Assembly: GCA_951406725.2 (NCBI GenBank)
Contig: OX597836.1
Location: 23,498,001 to 23,562,000, forward strand
DNA from: Octopus vulgaris
Lineage: Eukaryota
Length of the DNA: 64,000 bases
Direction: 5' to 3'
In this document: one piece after another, positions 27,992 to 37,583 of the stretch
How the letters are laid out: each line of letters opens with the position of its first letter
Numbering within the stretch: the first letter of the stretch is position 1
Made by a program: the position numbers and the translations under genes
The notes under the pieces: generated by a model
The model's input: the letters and a program-made list of their open reading frames with translations, nothing else
What the model was told of the DNA's origin: nothing
The model's database searches: none

Positions 27992-29062
27992 TTTAAAATA
28001 AGATAAAATCTTTATAAGAATTTATCAAGTAGTCAGCGTGAAAAAACCCCATAAGGGAAAATTTTGATTATTCCCTTTAAATATATTTATTTATATTAAG
28101 GCAATTAATACACATAAATGCCTCATGCTATTAGGGACTTTTAAAGTCAAAGCTACCATAATAAATACAGTGTACCGAACACAAGGGAATGTAACTCTAG
28201 AAGCGAGCTCCTTTATATATATATATATATATATACACACAAACACACACACGCACGCACATGCAAGTGTGTGTATGTGTATAACACCTCTCTTAACATG
28301 GAATGGATGGTAGCCTGGTTAAGCCACCAATAAAGAATATTTATCCTCCCCCAATGCAGTGTTGAGCACTCATTTTCACTGTTTGCTATTTGTATGTGTG
28401 TACATATAAATATATATGTAGATATAGGTACATACTTTATTTGTGGATTAATAAAGCAACCAATGGTTTCATGTGGAAAAGATATTCACAGTTATTCAAA
28501 TGATCCACATTGGAATGTTGGTCCTTGTATTTATTTTGAACGATGATAATTATATAAAACTATATAAAATAAAAAAAAAAATGCTCAGCTCAAGGGAGGT
28601 AACTTATAAAAATATCTTAATTGTTATCTCCCTTGCCTTCGCCATCATCACAATCATCATCATTTAACAGTCGCTTTCGGTGCTGGCATGGGTTGGACGG
28701 CTTGACCAGAGCTGGCAAGTGGGAGAGCAGTACCAGGTTGCAGCCTGATTTGGCCTGGCTTCTACAGCTGGATACCCTTTCCACTTTACAGAGGGTGCTG
28801 GGTGCCTTTTATGTGGATTGGTACAATGGCTCTTCAATACAAAAACCTCTTCAGCTGGGAGGGGTGCATTAATAATTCTCTTGGTGGGTGGTCTTCTTGA
28901 GTACAACAAGGCACCAGCTATCTTGGTGTGTGTGTGCGTGTGTGTATAAATTTGGTCTTTTGGTTTTTAGGTTATAGTTTTGCCATGTAAACGAGCATCT
29001 CTGTTGTCATGGATGAAATTTTCTAATTTTCTTTCGTTTTATTTTTCAGGCCGATTTCTTGA
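755..29062 (+). CDS. Multi-exon mosaic S1 serine protease (LDLa-SRCR-Tryp_SPc-LDLa-MAM-LDLa-MAM-LDLa-LDLa-MAM), 20 exons, 5' end upstream of window
   Basis: Exons joined manually at AG/GT (one GC) boundaries with matching phases. The total of 3077 nt plus 1 nt from the upstream exon gives 1026 codons including the stop, with no internal stop. Motifs: IVGG, TAAHC, DIALL, GDSGGP, CxDxSDE (LDLa), CxF...W...AIDD/AIDH (MAM). Confidence 0.88.
2036..2150 (+). CDS. Protease exon 2: SRCR-like domain, N-terminal part
   Basis: tgtag|[38 protein letters not shown] ga|gtaagt; the PVC..ACKKLG pattern resembles TMPRSS/enteropeptidase-type SRCR. Confidence 0.85.
2404..2644. mobile_element. Penelope-like non-autonomous insertion with inverted arms and 13-bp TSD
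   Basis: Direct repeat TAACTCTTATAAT at 2391-2403 and 2645-2657; about 42-bp imperfect inverted arms (2459-2501 / 2604-2645); hammerhead-like core inside. Confidence 0.6.
2511..2550 (+). ncRNA. Degenerate minimal hammerhead motif with U3-A8 core
   Basis: UUGAAAA-G-GUUGC(aagac)GCAAC-GAAA-AUAU-UA; same layout as 51599-51649, but stem I is not well formed. Confidence 0.5.
2790..3085 (+). mobile_element. Degenerate LINE reverse transcriptase fragment
   Basis: [39 protein letters not shown] corresponds to a decayed GVPQGSVLSP..YADD. Confidence 0.8.
3340..3800 (-). mobile_element. Degenerate LINE RT-region fragment
   Basis: Minus-strand [30 protein letters not shown], with stops. Confidence 0.6.
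5800..5913 (+). CDS. Protease exon 3: SRCR-like domain, middle part
   Basis: Polypyrimidine tract + ttgcag|a, open frame [38 protein letters not shown] aa|gtaagc; phase 2-2 fits both neighbours. Confidence 0.7.
6477..7236 (+). mobile_element. tRNA-derived SINE family A with expanded internal (GT/AT)n
   Basis: Homologous to 12181-12597; A/B-box-like head; internal microsatellite about 380 bp. Confidence 0.85.
7380..7429 (+). CDS. Protease exon 4: SRCR-like domain, C-terminal part
   Basis: ttccag|g [16 protein letters not shown] t|gtgagt; the C-x4-VIRISC pattern is typical of the end of this SRCR type. Confidence 0.85.
7913..8102 (+). CDS. Protease exon 5: activation peptide and catalytic His
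   Basis: ttgcag|[63 protein letters not shown] ag|gcaagt (a GC donor is required by phase). Confidence 0.92.
8397..8730 (-). mobile_element. tRNA-derived SINE family D
   Basis: Minus-strand head GCATGGCTCAGTGGTTAGAGT..GAGTTCAATTCC followed by GTGTTGTGTTCTTGAGCAAGACACT; related fragment at 60020-60158. Confidence 0.75.
9545..9816 (+). CDS. Protease exon 6: catalytic Asp
   Basis: ttccag|t [12 protein letters not shown]...[24 protein letters not shown]...[14 protein letters not shown] g|gtaagt. Confidence 0.92.
11286..11422 (+). CDS. Protease exon 7
   Basis: tgtag|[46 protein letters not shown]|gtgagt. Confidence 0.92.
12181..12597 (+). mobile_element. tRNA-derived SINE family A, near full length
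   Basis: GGCGCAGGAGTGGCTGTGTGGTAAG..GGTTCAGCCCC head, internal (TA)(TG), GAGTAAA repeat tail; multiple copies in window. Confidence 0.88.
13097..13253 (+). CDS. Protease exon 8: catalytic Ser
   Basis: ttccag|[52 protein letters not shown] g|gtatgt. Confidence 0.93.
13609..13710 (+). CDS. Protease exon 9: LDLa repeat
   Basis: tttcag|[34 protein letters not shown] g|gtaagc. Confidence 0.88.
14701..15114 (+). mobile_element. SINE family A
   Basis: Highly similar to 12181-12597. Confidence 0.88.
15250..15570 (+). mobile_element. Degenerate SINE family B tandem copies (similar cluster at 17000-17390)
   Basis: gactttg..tcatccttt..ggggtc..aagtaccagt motifs with CpG decay. Confidence 0.7.
15794..15952 (+). 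CDS. Protease exon 10: MAM domain 1, N-terminal part
   Basis: (ct)n-cacag|[24 protein letters not shown]...[11 protein letters not shown] g|gtcagt. Confidence 0.88.
16457..16755 (-). mobile_element. Penelope-like pLTR fragment next to (TA)n (second copy at 30199-30358)
   Basis: Two homologous copies in the window, both adjacent to (TA)n and both carrying the hammerhead motif. Confidence 0.6.
16522..16556 (-). ncRNA. Minimal hammerhead motif in Penelope-like repeat
   Basis: Minus strand GUUU-CUGACGA-A-GAGC(ucc)GCUC-GAAA-CA-UU-AAAC; the sister copy at 30291 shows the palindromic AACGUU. Confidence 0.65.
17476..17802 (+). CDS. Protease exon 11: MAM domain 1, C-terminal part
   Basis: ctctag|GRYICG...[10 protein letters not shown]...WQMAS...[16 protein letters not shown] a|gtaagt. 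Confidence 0.9.
18090..18624. mobile_element. Degenerate mariner-like non-autonomous element
   Basis: Imperfect TIRs TACAAAAGGTCTGATCAAAAAGTAT / ATACTTTTCAGTCAGATTTTGTA. Confidence 0.55.
18726..18854 (+). CDS. Protease exon 12: divergent LDLa repeat
   Basis: tgtag|[43 protein letters not shown] g|gtaaaa; six Cys plus SDE. Confidence 0.82.
19595..19897 (-). mobile_element. SINE family A, degenerate
   Basis: Reverse-complement similarity to family A head and tail. Confidence 0.7.
20644..20778 (+). CDS. Protease exon 13: MAM domain 2, N-terminal part
   Basis: cattag|[45 protein letters not shown] g|gtaagt. Confidence 0.87.
21967..22103 (+). CDS. Protease exon 14: MAM domain 2, middle part
   Basis: ttgtag|[46 protein letters not shown]|gtaaat. 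Confidence 0.85.
22591..22804 (+). CDS. Protease exon 15: MAM domain 2, C-terminal part
   Basis: tttttgatag|[31 protein letters not shown]...[16 protein letters not shown] a|gtaagt. Confidence 0.85.
23695..24000 (+). mobile_element. RTE (BovB-like) LINE 3' fragment
   Basis: [53 protein letters not shown], then a (GATA)n tail. Confidence 0.88.
24528..24638 (+). CDS. Protease exon 16: LDLa repeat
   Basis: ttttcag|[37 protein letters not shown] a|gtaagt. Confidence 0.9.
25239..25379. mobile_element. Tc1/mariner-type MITE
   Basis: TA|TTAGGTTGTCCCAAAAGTTCGTA...TACGAACTTTTGGGACAACCTTA|TA. Confidence 0.85.
25468..25578 (+). CDS. Protease exon 17: LDLa repeat
   Basis: cattag|[37 protein letters not shown] g|gtaatt. 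Confidence 0.9.
25927..26073 (+). CDS. Protease exon 18: MAM domain 3, N-terminal part
   Basis: tcccag|[49 protein letters not shown] g|gtatgt; TPSxxTGPxxD MAM motif. Confidence 0.9.
26941..27286 (+). CDS. Protease exon 19: MAM domain 3, C-terminal part
   Basis: ttttag|ESYMYTEGS...[17 protein letters not shown]...[12 protein letters not shown]...[16 protein letters not shown] ag|gtaatt (or read-through to TAA at 27288-27290). Confidence 0.9.
27506..27767. repeat. Perfect 98-bp inverted repeat with 66-nt spacer within (TA)n
   Basis: 27506-27603 is the exact reverse complement of 27670-27767. Confidence 0.92.
29050..29062 (+). CDS. Probable terminal coding exon of the protease (R)PIS-stop, followed by 3' UTR
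   Basis: Long pyrimidine tract ending tttttcag|g ccg att tct tga; phase 2 matches the exon 19 donor. Confidence 0.55.
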
Positions 29063-29635
29063 TCCCCCCAAAAGATAGATGTGTGATTTGAGAATATATA
29101 TGCAATCTGAAAGCACCAGCAAAGGAGCAAACAAAAAACCTGTTATATGCTCAACTGAAAGCTCTTTGATGTCATTTAAAAACTCACAAAAAATACTCTG
29201 TTTGTCACTTATACTCATTGATCACTCCCCAACATTTATTTAACACATTAATCAACATGAACAGCTATTTTCAAATCATGGAAAGCAACTAACAACTACC
29301 TCTGGCAGTATATATATAATATATATATGAACCTGGAACTAACCGTTTCTTATTTTAATAATTATAATAATAATAACAAAACAGTATTTCTACACTTTCA
29401 CACATACACACACACACACAGTAAAAAAAAAAAAAAGAAAATCATTGCCTGTTTAGGGAGTTGGTTTCATTGTTGCTACTATTTTTCATGACTCATTTCT
29501 TAATTCACACATTTGACGACAAAACTAATAATTATTTACAAATAGACTGTTTTTTATACTTTTCATAATTTCTGAGGAATATTAATATTGATATTGTTGT
29601 TGATGTTGTTGTTGTTGTTGTTATTATTACCCACT

Positions 29636-29802
29636 ACACTCACAGAGTGGTTGGCGTTAGGAAGGGCATCCAGCTGTAGAAACATTGCCAGATAAGACTG
29701 GAGCCTGGTGCAGCCTTCTGGCTTCCCAGATCCCCGGTCGAACCATCCAACCCATGCTAGCATGGAAAACGGACGCTAAACGATGATGATGATGATGATG
29801 AT
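29636..29802 (+). mobile_element. Retroposon 3' end with (GAT)n tail (other copies on minus strand at 2205-2365 and 28645-28815)
   Basis: Three homologous copies ending in (GAT)n/(CAT)n. Confidence 0.75.
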
Positions 29803-30290
29803 TGTTGTTAAAATTGTGCTGTGAGTTATTGCAAATGTTAAGAAAACAACGATTAGCTTTTTCTCATTTCCTTACCTAATCATTTGTCTTTGGAGAAAGA
29901 GAAGAAAACAACGGAGTGTAGCTGTGTCACCAATGTTTACTAATAAATAAGGTGGTGAAAATCTGGGAATACACACAAACACATTTGCACACGCATGTCT
30001 ATATATATGCATGGGTTTTATACACACACACACACACACACGCACACGCACACGCACACACGCACACACGCACACACACATATATATATATATATTTATG
30101 TTTGTGTGTGTATGTGTGTGTATATATATATATATATATGCATATATATCTCTCTATATATATATGTGTGTGTATATATATATGTATATATATATATAAA
30201 GTTAATCTAAACAAGAAAGCACAAACAAACACAACAACGCGAGGACGTGGAACAAATATAGTATTATTGGACGCTCAGGAAAGAAGGAGG

Positions 30291-30325
30291 GTTTAACGTT
30301 TCGAGTGGAGCTCTTCGTCGGAAAC
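30291..30325 (-). ncRNA. Degenerate minimal hammerhead motif (core CCGACGA)
   Basis: Minus strand GUUU-CCGACGA-AGAGCUCCACUC-GAAACGUU-AAAC; homologous to 16522-16556. Confidence 0.5.
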
Positions 30326-31036
30326 ATAGGAGAAGGAAAGATCCAGAGAAGGGAAGATATATATATATCTGTGTGTATATATATCATCATCATCATCACC
30401 GTATGAAGGAAGTATTTGATATAAACAACCTCCAAAACTTTTAATGTTGTTATTTGGAATTTTCCCGAATAATTACATAAATCAGTGGAATGCGATTAGC
30501 GTATAATCCATGAGGATTAAAACCTCATCTTGTATTGAAAGTAATCGAGTGCTGTTATGTACAACATAACGCAGGGGGAATAATTCACTTCTGAGTTGCT
30601 TCCCTTGTATTGTTTGGGTTGAAGGATGTGGATATGTCCAAAAGCTGGCGGCCTTCTACATAGTAAGGCTTTAAGCGTTATAGAGCCAGAGTACGTCATC
30701 CCCCGAGTGGGTTTGTTGGACTTATGTGCTCTAGAACTAAAGCAGTTGGTAATGAACGCGACTGCGCGAAAATACTGGATGAATATACGGTGACAGGAAA
30801 GTGGCTGAAGGTTCTTTCAACACTTATTTCAGGTGTTGGGGGATGTTGACTTGAACAGTTTCAAGAGAAGTTTTTTGGAGGACATAATACCAACAATGAT
30901 AATAATGCGTACCTGTGTATATATACACACATATATATACATACATACATACATACACATATATTCTACCCATGCCTGCATGGAATACAGTCGTTAAAGG
31001 ATTATAAATATAAACCCATATACTATATGCATATAT

Positions 31037-31390
31037 ACTCTTTTACTTGTTTCAGTCATTTGACTGCGGCCATGTTGGAGCACCGCCAGTACTTATTCTA
31101 TCGGTCTCTTTTGCCGAACCGCTAAGTGACGGGGACGTAAACACACCAGCATCGGTTGTCAAGCAATGCTAGGGGGACAAACACAGACACAAACACATAC
31201 ACACACATATATATATATACATATATACGACGGGCTTCTTTCAGTTTCCGTCTACCAAATCCACTCACAAGGCATTGGTCGGCCCGAGGCTATAGCAGAA
31301 GACACTTGCCCAAGATGCCACGCAGTGGGACTGAACCCGGAACCATGTGGTTGATTAGCAAGCTACTTACCACACAGCCACTCCTGCGTC
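31037..31390 (-). mobile_element. SINE family A with internal deletion
   Basis: Reverse complement of family A, lacking about 55 nt near its 3' end. Confidence 0.88.
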
Positions 31391-31907
31391 TATAGATACA
31401 TTTATAATTATTTATTAACACTTATTTATATTGTACAATACAAATAAGAAGATATTTTCGTGAATGCAAAATTGCCGTTAGAACAGCAGAAATAGTTGGT
31501 AAATTACCCTTAAAAGGTGGAAAAATTTGTCAACAAACAGCAATGGGACTCAAACTCACAGCCTCCAAGACTCTGGCTGAGTGCTTTACCATTAAGCTGA
31601 ACTGACTACTGATAAATTTATCCCCTGATTTAGACACTAAATAGCTAATAGAACAGTTATGTGTATATAAATATAAACATACATTTGTTTTTATTAGAAC
31701 TGTCAAATATACACACATAGTTGTTCATTAAGCCATTTAGCATCTAAATGAAAATGTCATGAATAGTGTAAAAGAGAATTTTTAAAATAACGACACTGTG
31801 CATCCAGTTTGCCTTCACCTTTTTTTTATAATGGCATCAAGATTCTTGTTAGGGGAATAACAGACATTGATTTTGACTGAAACAACATAGACATAAATGT
31901 TTCTTTG

Positions 31908-32310
31908 GCAGGAATCCAGACATGGGATGAGGTGATGAAGCATGACCTTCGAATGTTGGGCCTCACAGAGGCAGTGACCGAGACCTCTGGAGATATGCTG
32001 TGATTGAGAAGACCTGACAAAGAAAGTGAGATTACAGCCGTAGTTTACATCAGTGTCGCATAAGCAGCCCGCTTAAAAAGTACCTTTGAATCGTCGGGCG
32101 ACATTCCGTACTGGGGAAGACATATTGAGTCAAGTAAATCAAAATCAAATCAAATCACAATCAAAAGGAAATTGTAGTTGTGACCTATGCTAGTGCTGGT
32201 GGCACGCAATGAGCACCATTCATGCGTGTGTCGCTGCCAGAGCCGCCTGACTGGCTCCCTGTATCGGTGGTACGTAAAAAGCACCATCTGAACGTAGTCG
32301 ATGCCAATCC
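31908..32310 (+). mobile_element. RTE-like LINE 3' fragment
   Basis: TWDEVMKHDLRMLGLTEA resembles the RTE ORF C-terminus. Confidence 0.55.
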
Positions 32311-33579
32311 CACCGCCCCGCTCTTTCTCGGGTCAATGCTCCTTCTTGTGCCAGGCTGAGTTAAAACTTGTCCTTGCTGTATTCTTTTCTTCTGGAGGAG
32401 GACATTTATTTGACTAAAACTTTCGATGCGCTGCCCCGGAATGGCCGCAGTCCAGTGAATGAAACAATTTATTTCTATAGGAAAGGATAAAAGGTAAAAT
32501 CGACCTCGGCGGAATTTTAACAAAAAGACGGACGAAATATCGAATTTTTGTCATAAAGTCTGCATTAGTCACATCCTTTCACGTGCCAACTACACTTTAT
32601 ATAGTCCACATAAGACTGAAGATCAGTAAAAAAGAGAACACCTACGCTGAACTATTGAACTATTGAGAAATCTGTAGTTACTCTATCTAGATTACAAGTT
32701 CAGGTTTATACCTGTAATTATTAGGGTCCTGGGATATGTAACACACTGCCTAAATACCAATCTCTAGAAAGGAGAAAGCTAATTCGAAGACTACAGATCC
32801 ACTTCGTCACTGGAACAGTAAAAATCTGTAAATTATTTGCGAAGTTCAAGGAAGTCTTTTTTACTTATTCCAACCAAGAATGCCTTTGACCTTTCGTAAC
32901 ACGAGGATTTTTGCTTCTTAATTAATCTCTGCTTCCAGTAGTAACAAGCCCATGTCATAGCCTTAGTTTTTATTACAGGGGCTGAACGTTTAAGGTAACC
33001 AAGGTAACCAACGATTATTGCGATACATTTAATTAAAAATGTAAGATTAAGAGAACATTAAATGACATGAACAGTGGCAGAAGACCAGAAATTTGGGGTA
33101 AAAAGATAACATCGATCCCTGTACTTTATGGGTACTTTATTTTATTGGACTCCGGAAGAAGGAAAAGTTAAGGTGACACAACGGGATTTGAATTCTTTAT
33201 GTGATAGTTGCGCAGGATCGCTGATTTGGTATCCTGATATGTATACAGAACTCGCAAAGGAAGTCTTGTGCAACCACGTGAAAATCATAACAAGAAGATG
33301 CTACTAGGAACGGTACAGCGTGGTTCTCGAAAAGCGAGCTGTGCAACTTGCAGTTACGAACATTCAACTCCTATAAGAGTGAAACGCAATACATGGCAAC
33401 GAGGAGGACAGCCGGAAAACGTTTAAACTTAAACAACTTGGAAGAAGCTAATGTCTGGCTGATACAGTTCCAAGCAAAAATTGAATGCGATGACGTTTGA
33501 AGGTGTCAACGTCATCTTTCTGCCATAACGAAGATAAAAGATGTTCTTTTCCCGGTAAGCCTTCAGAATGCAATATACC

Positions 33580-33812
33580 TATTTTTTTTACTACCCACAA
33601 GGGGCTAAACACAGAAGGGACAAACAAGGACAGACAAAGAGATTAAGTCGATTACATCGACCCCCAGTGAGTAACTGGTACTTAATTTATCGACCCCGAA
33701 AGGTTGAAAGGCAAAGTCGACCTCGGCGGAATTTGAACTCAGAACGTAACGGCAGACGAAATACGGCTACGCATTTCGCCCGGCGTGCTAACGTTTCTGC
33801 CAGCTCGCCGCC
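33580..33812 (-). mobile_element. tRNA-derived SINE family B with 13-bp TSD
   Basis: Head GGCGGCGAGCTGGCAGAAACGTTAGC..GAGTTCAAATTCC; TSD AATGCAATATACC. Confidence 0.9.
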
Positions 33813-34042
33813 AATGCAATATACCAACAAATAACGAACGCGTTGTAACAACTAATAAAACCGAAGGAGAGTCTGTTAATTGCGGACAAATTAAAATTAT
33901 TGGAACTGAAGCAACTGGAACATGAGTCAATCAACGTCTTCCGTCTTAGGATTAATTCTCAAGCTTCCTTCTGTCATTTGAATAGGTTGAAAGAAAATCC
34001 AGAGGAAGAAATCATGAAAGTCATTTTCATCGCGGTATTATC

Positions 34043-34263
34043 TGTTTCTTTATTACCCACAAGGGGCTAAACATAGAGGGGACAGACAAACGGATTAAGT
34101 CGATTACATCGACCCCAGTGCGTATCTGGTACTTAATTTATCGACCCCGAAAGGATGAAAGGCAAAGTCGACCTCGGCGAAATTTGAACTCAGAACGTAA
34201 CGGCAGACGAAATACGGCTACGCATTTCGCCCGGCGTGCTAACGTTTCTGCCAGCTCGCCGCC
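34043..34263 (-). mobile_element. SINE family B with 17-bp TSD
   Basis: TSD TTCATCGCGGTATTATC at 34026-34042 and 34264-34280. Confidence 0.9.
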
Positions 34264-35889
34264 TTCATCGCGGTATTATCGTGGGCAGGGGAGGGGGAGT
34301 TAAAAATTTTGGATCAGTTATGGTGTCATTCTAAAATGAAATACATTGAAATAGCAGCTCTTGCATCCAACATAGAATTGGAAACGCTGTTTGCGAGTAG
34401 TCGACAAACAATAACAAACTTTAATGTCAACAAGAATATTCCTGGTAGGAGTCGTGATGTTGTGGTGAAATGTCGAAATTGTGGACGTACACACAAAACT
34501 CGTGCATGTCCAGTATATGTAATAAGTGTAGCAAATTAGAACGCTGCTAGGAACGGTACAGCGTGGGTCTCGAAAGGTGAGCTGCGTAACTTGCAGTTAC
34601 GAACATTCAACACTTGTCCTATAAGAGTGAAACACAACACTTTAAATTAAGCCAAAAACAACCAATAGATATATATCTATTGTATGTTCTATGATTTTTC
34701 AGATATTCTTCAGGCGGAGTTCGTCCTCAATGCCAAATATGATAAAGAGGTTCACCGAAAGAAAATGTTTGGAACCCTTGAACAATATTCTATGGTATTT
34801 AGTTCTAACTGGAATCGAAACCAACTCGCATTTTTCTTTCGCGGATCTCACAAATCAACTATTTCTACCGTATATTACACCGTCTTTGTGTTCTTTAAGA
34901 GATTAACACAAAAATATAATTTCGAAACTGTTTCTCTTCTAAAACGTTGACTGCTGGCGTATTTGTTATCTTTGTTGATATCTTTCAGAAAATCTCGAAC
35001 ATGTCTGAGAATAATTGTGAGCACGATTCAGACAGAATCTTGTCATGTGTACTTAATCCTATCAATAAAGTGAATGGAGATATCTAAATCTTTCTCACAC
35101 TTTTAGAGAGAAATGTTTGCCTGTAAACCATGTCGAGTTTATACGCTAGCTTTGAGGTTAAGTCAGGGGCAAGACCAATAGGAAGGACACAGGTTTTCGA
35201 AGTGCAAAGCTGAGTTAATAATACTTATGTACATAATGAAATGGGTGTGGGGAGGCTAAAGTGACAATAATGAAAGATATCTCTTATTGAGTTGAGGAAT
35301 TAAAAGGGACGTTAAAGTAAATGAAGAGGTTTATTTAGATGAATGATATCCATGCTTTAATTGTTGCTCAAATATAAGGAAGACAGGTTCGAATGAAGAT
35401 ACATAAAAAAACGTAACAATAATTACTGTAGTAGAGATGATGAAAAAGAAGAAACAATATAGAAATATAACGAAAAGATAAAACAAACAAAAGGCGAAAA
35501 CTTGTGTTGCAAAGTCAGAAACTGATACCTTTACCTTCTGCCTGTTTCAGTCATTAGACTGTGGCCAAGCTGGAGCACCGATTTGAAGTCGATCTCACGA
35601 CTTAGTTTTTAAAGTCTGGCGCTGATTCTAAACAAAAGAACCGGTAGACTCAGCACCAGACTTTGCACCAAAAGCCAACATGGGAGTTTCTATTCTGGTC
35701 TGTAGCGCAGTGTCATTTCTTTGAACCGTACATCCACGTTTGAGTGGGGATAAAGATTACTTCTTTATGTTCTGAGTTCAGATTCAGCTTTGATCGATTT
35801 TGCTTGAAAATTTTCGGGAGAGACCAGTCAATTACATCTACCCCAATACTCGGTTGGTACTCATTTCATCGACCCCGAAAAATGAAAGG

Positions 35890-36803
35890 TAAAATCAACA
35901 TCGGCGGAATTTGAACTCAGAACAAAATGAAGTAATATTTATCCTCACTTAAACTTTCATATTCTTTTAGAACAAACTATACTGCGATAGAAACTTTGAG
36001 AGAACCTCTCATATTGGATTTTTGTATTACATCGTCCCCAGTATTCAACTGGTACTTATTTTATCGACTCGAAAGGATAAAAGGCTAAGTAGACATCGGC
36101 AGAATTTGAACACAGAATAGCGTTAATCATTTTGTCCGGCGCGCTAACGATTCTGCCAGCTCCCTGCCTTATTACAGCAACAACTATGTTAGGTAACGCG
36201 CTGACGAAATCGTCGGTGCGCCGTACAAAACGCTTAGCGACATTTTGCCAATCTTCATGTTCTGAAAAAATATACATTAGCGAGAGGGGCAGTATTAACA
36301 CCAAGAGGTGATCTTTATCCGCACTTAAAAGCGGATGTTCTGTTAGAACAAACCATGCTGCGGTGGATACCATGAGAGACAGTCTCATGTTCACTTTTGG
36401 TGCTGATAAGTATTCACACTGCTTCTTCTTCTGTCACTATTTGTTTCAACAAGCTCACAGGCTAATCGCGACATCAGCGCCTTTTCTGACACTGTTATTC
36501 TATATATTATTCTGGCGGGGAGATGAGTCGCTGCTATCTCTTACGATCGAGCGTCCATCATTGGCAAGACCAAAGAAGGTTGAAATCACGTGATCTGGTG
36601 GTCTCGGCGCTGAAGATGGCGGGGGATTTAGCTCCTCGTTAGCAATATAAATAAGAGTGCATGTTATACAAAAATCCAATATGAGAGGTTCTCTCAAAGT
36701 TTCTATCGCAGTATAGTTTGTTCTAAAAGAATATGAAAGTTTCAGTGAGGATAAATATTACTTCTTTTTGTTCTGAGTTCAAATTCCGCCGATGTTGATT
36801 TTA
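35890..36803. repeat. Inverted duplication, about 143-bp arms (35890-36032 / 36661-36803)
   Basis: Near-identical reverse-complement arms comprising a SINE fragment plus unique flank. Confidence 0.88.
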
Positions 36804-37158
36804 CGCTTCCACAACCTCCAGTCGTTCCGCTTTTGAGTACGACATCTTGCTGAAAAGACTAGAGATGATCGCTCAATGCAGTCTTACAATCAGCTAATGT
36901 GGTGAGGATGCGGTGAAGATAACGGAGCCGACAGTCGACTATAATACTTCGTCTTTGTTCAGCAGTTACAAGCGGCCGAAATATTCAATGACACCTGCAA
37001 ACGAAAGACCGAGTTCTTTTCAGTATGTGCAAATTCATTTCTGTGTTTACACTCTGCTACGGAACTCAGGCTATTTTCTCGTGCGCCATCTTGTATATTT
37101 AATGTGTAACACAACACCTTGGACATCAAAGCAGTTGGAGTAAAATAAAGCATGAGGT

Positions 37159-37583
37159 GGATCTTTTCGGTTTGAACGGCAGTCTTTTCTAGCGGTGTCA
37201 TATGAAATTGTCACCCATGATTATGACCCTAGTATCGATCTATTGCATTTCAATCTGTTTTAGGGTTAGGGTTAGGGGTGGAGGGAAGGATATCTTTTTT
37301 TTTCTTCACAAATGTAAATAAACCCAATCTGTTTCTTAAACGAGGGACATATTCATACGGCACAGAATGTTTTTTTACCTCAATAGACGTAATTGATTGG
37401 TTGAAATTGCAGAAATTGAAGAAAAAAAAAACAACAACAAATATCTTACAAACTATAGAATTTTCTCAATAAAGCCAAGAGAAAAAGATGTTTTATAGAC
37501 ACATTCTACCAGTATACGAAGTTTAAAATTTTTTAGTTACCTAGAAATTATGTTAAAAACTGCCGTTCAAACCGAAAAGATCC
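37159..37583. mobile_element. MITE with 25-bp TIR and 8-bp TSD
   Basis: TIR GGATCTTTTCGGTTTGAACGGCAGT; TSD CATGAGGT/CACGAGGT; short internal (TTAGGG)n. Confidence 0.88.

Larger units (their letters stand above)
33200..34639 (+). mobile_element. Internally deleted Gypsy-type LTR retrotransposon with two nested SINEs
   Basis: TG...CA termini; 5-bp TSD CTTTA (33195-33199, 34640-34644); repeated LTR 3' segment (about 33300-33393 vs 34543-34639); PBS-like TGGCAACGAGGA at 33394; gag knuckle CRNCGRTHKTRAC near 34470. Confidence 0.8.
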
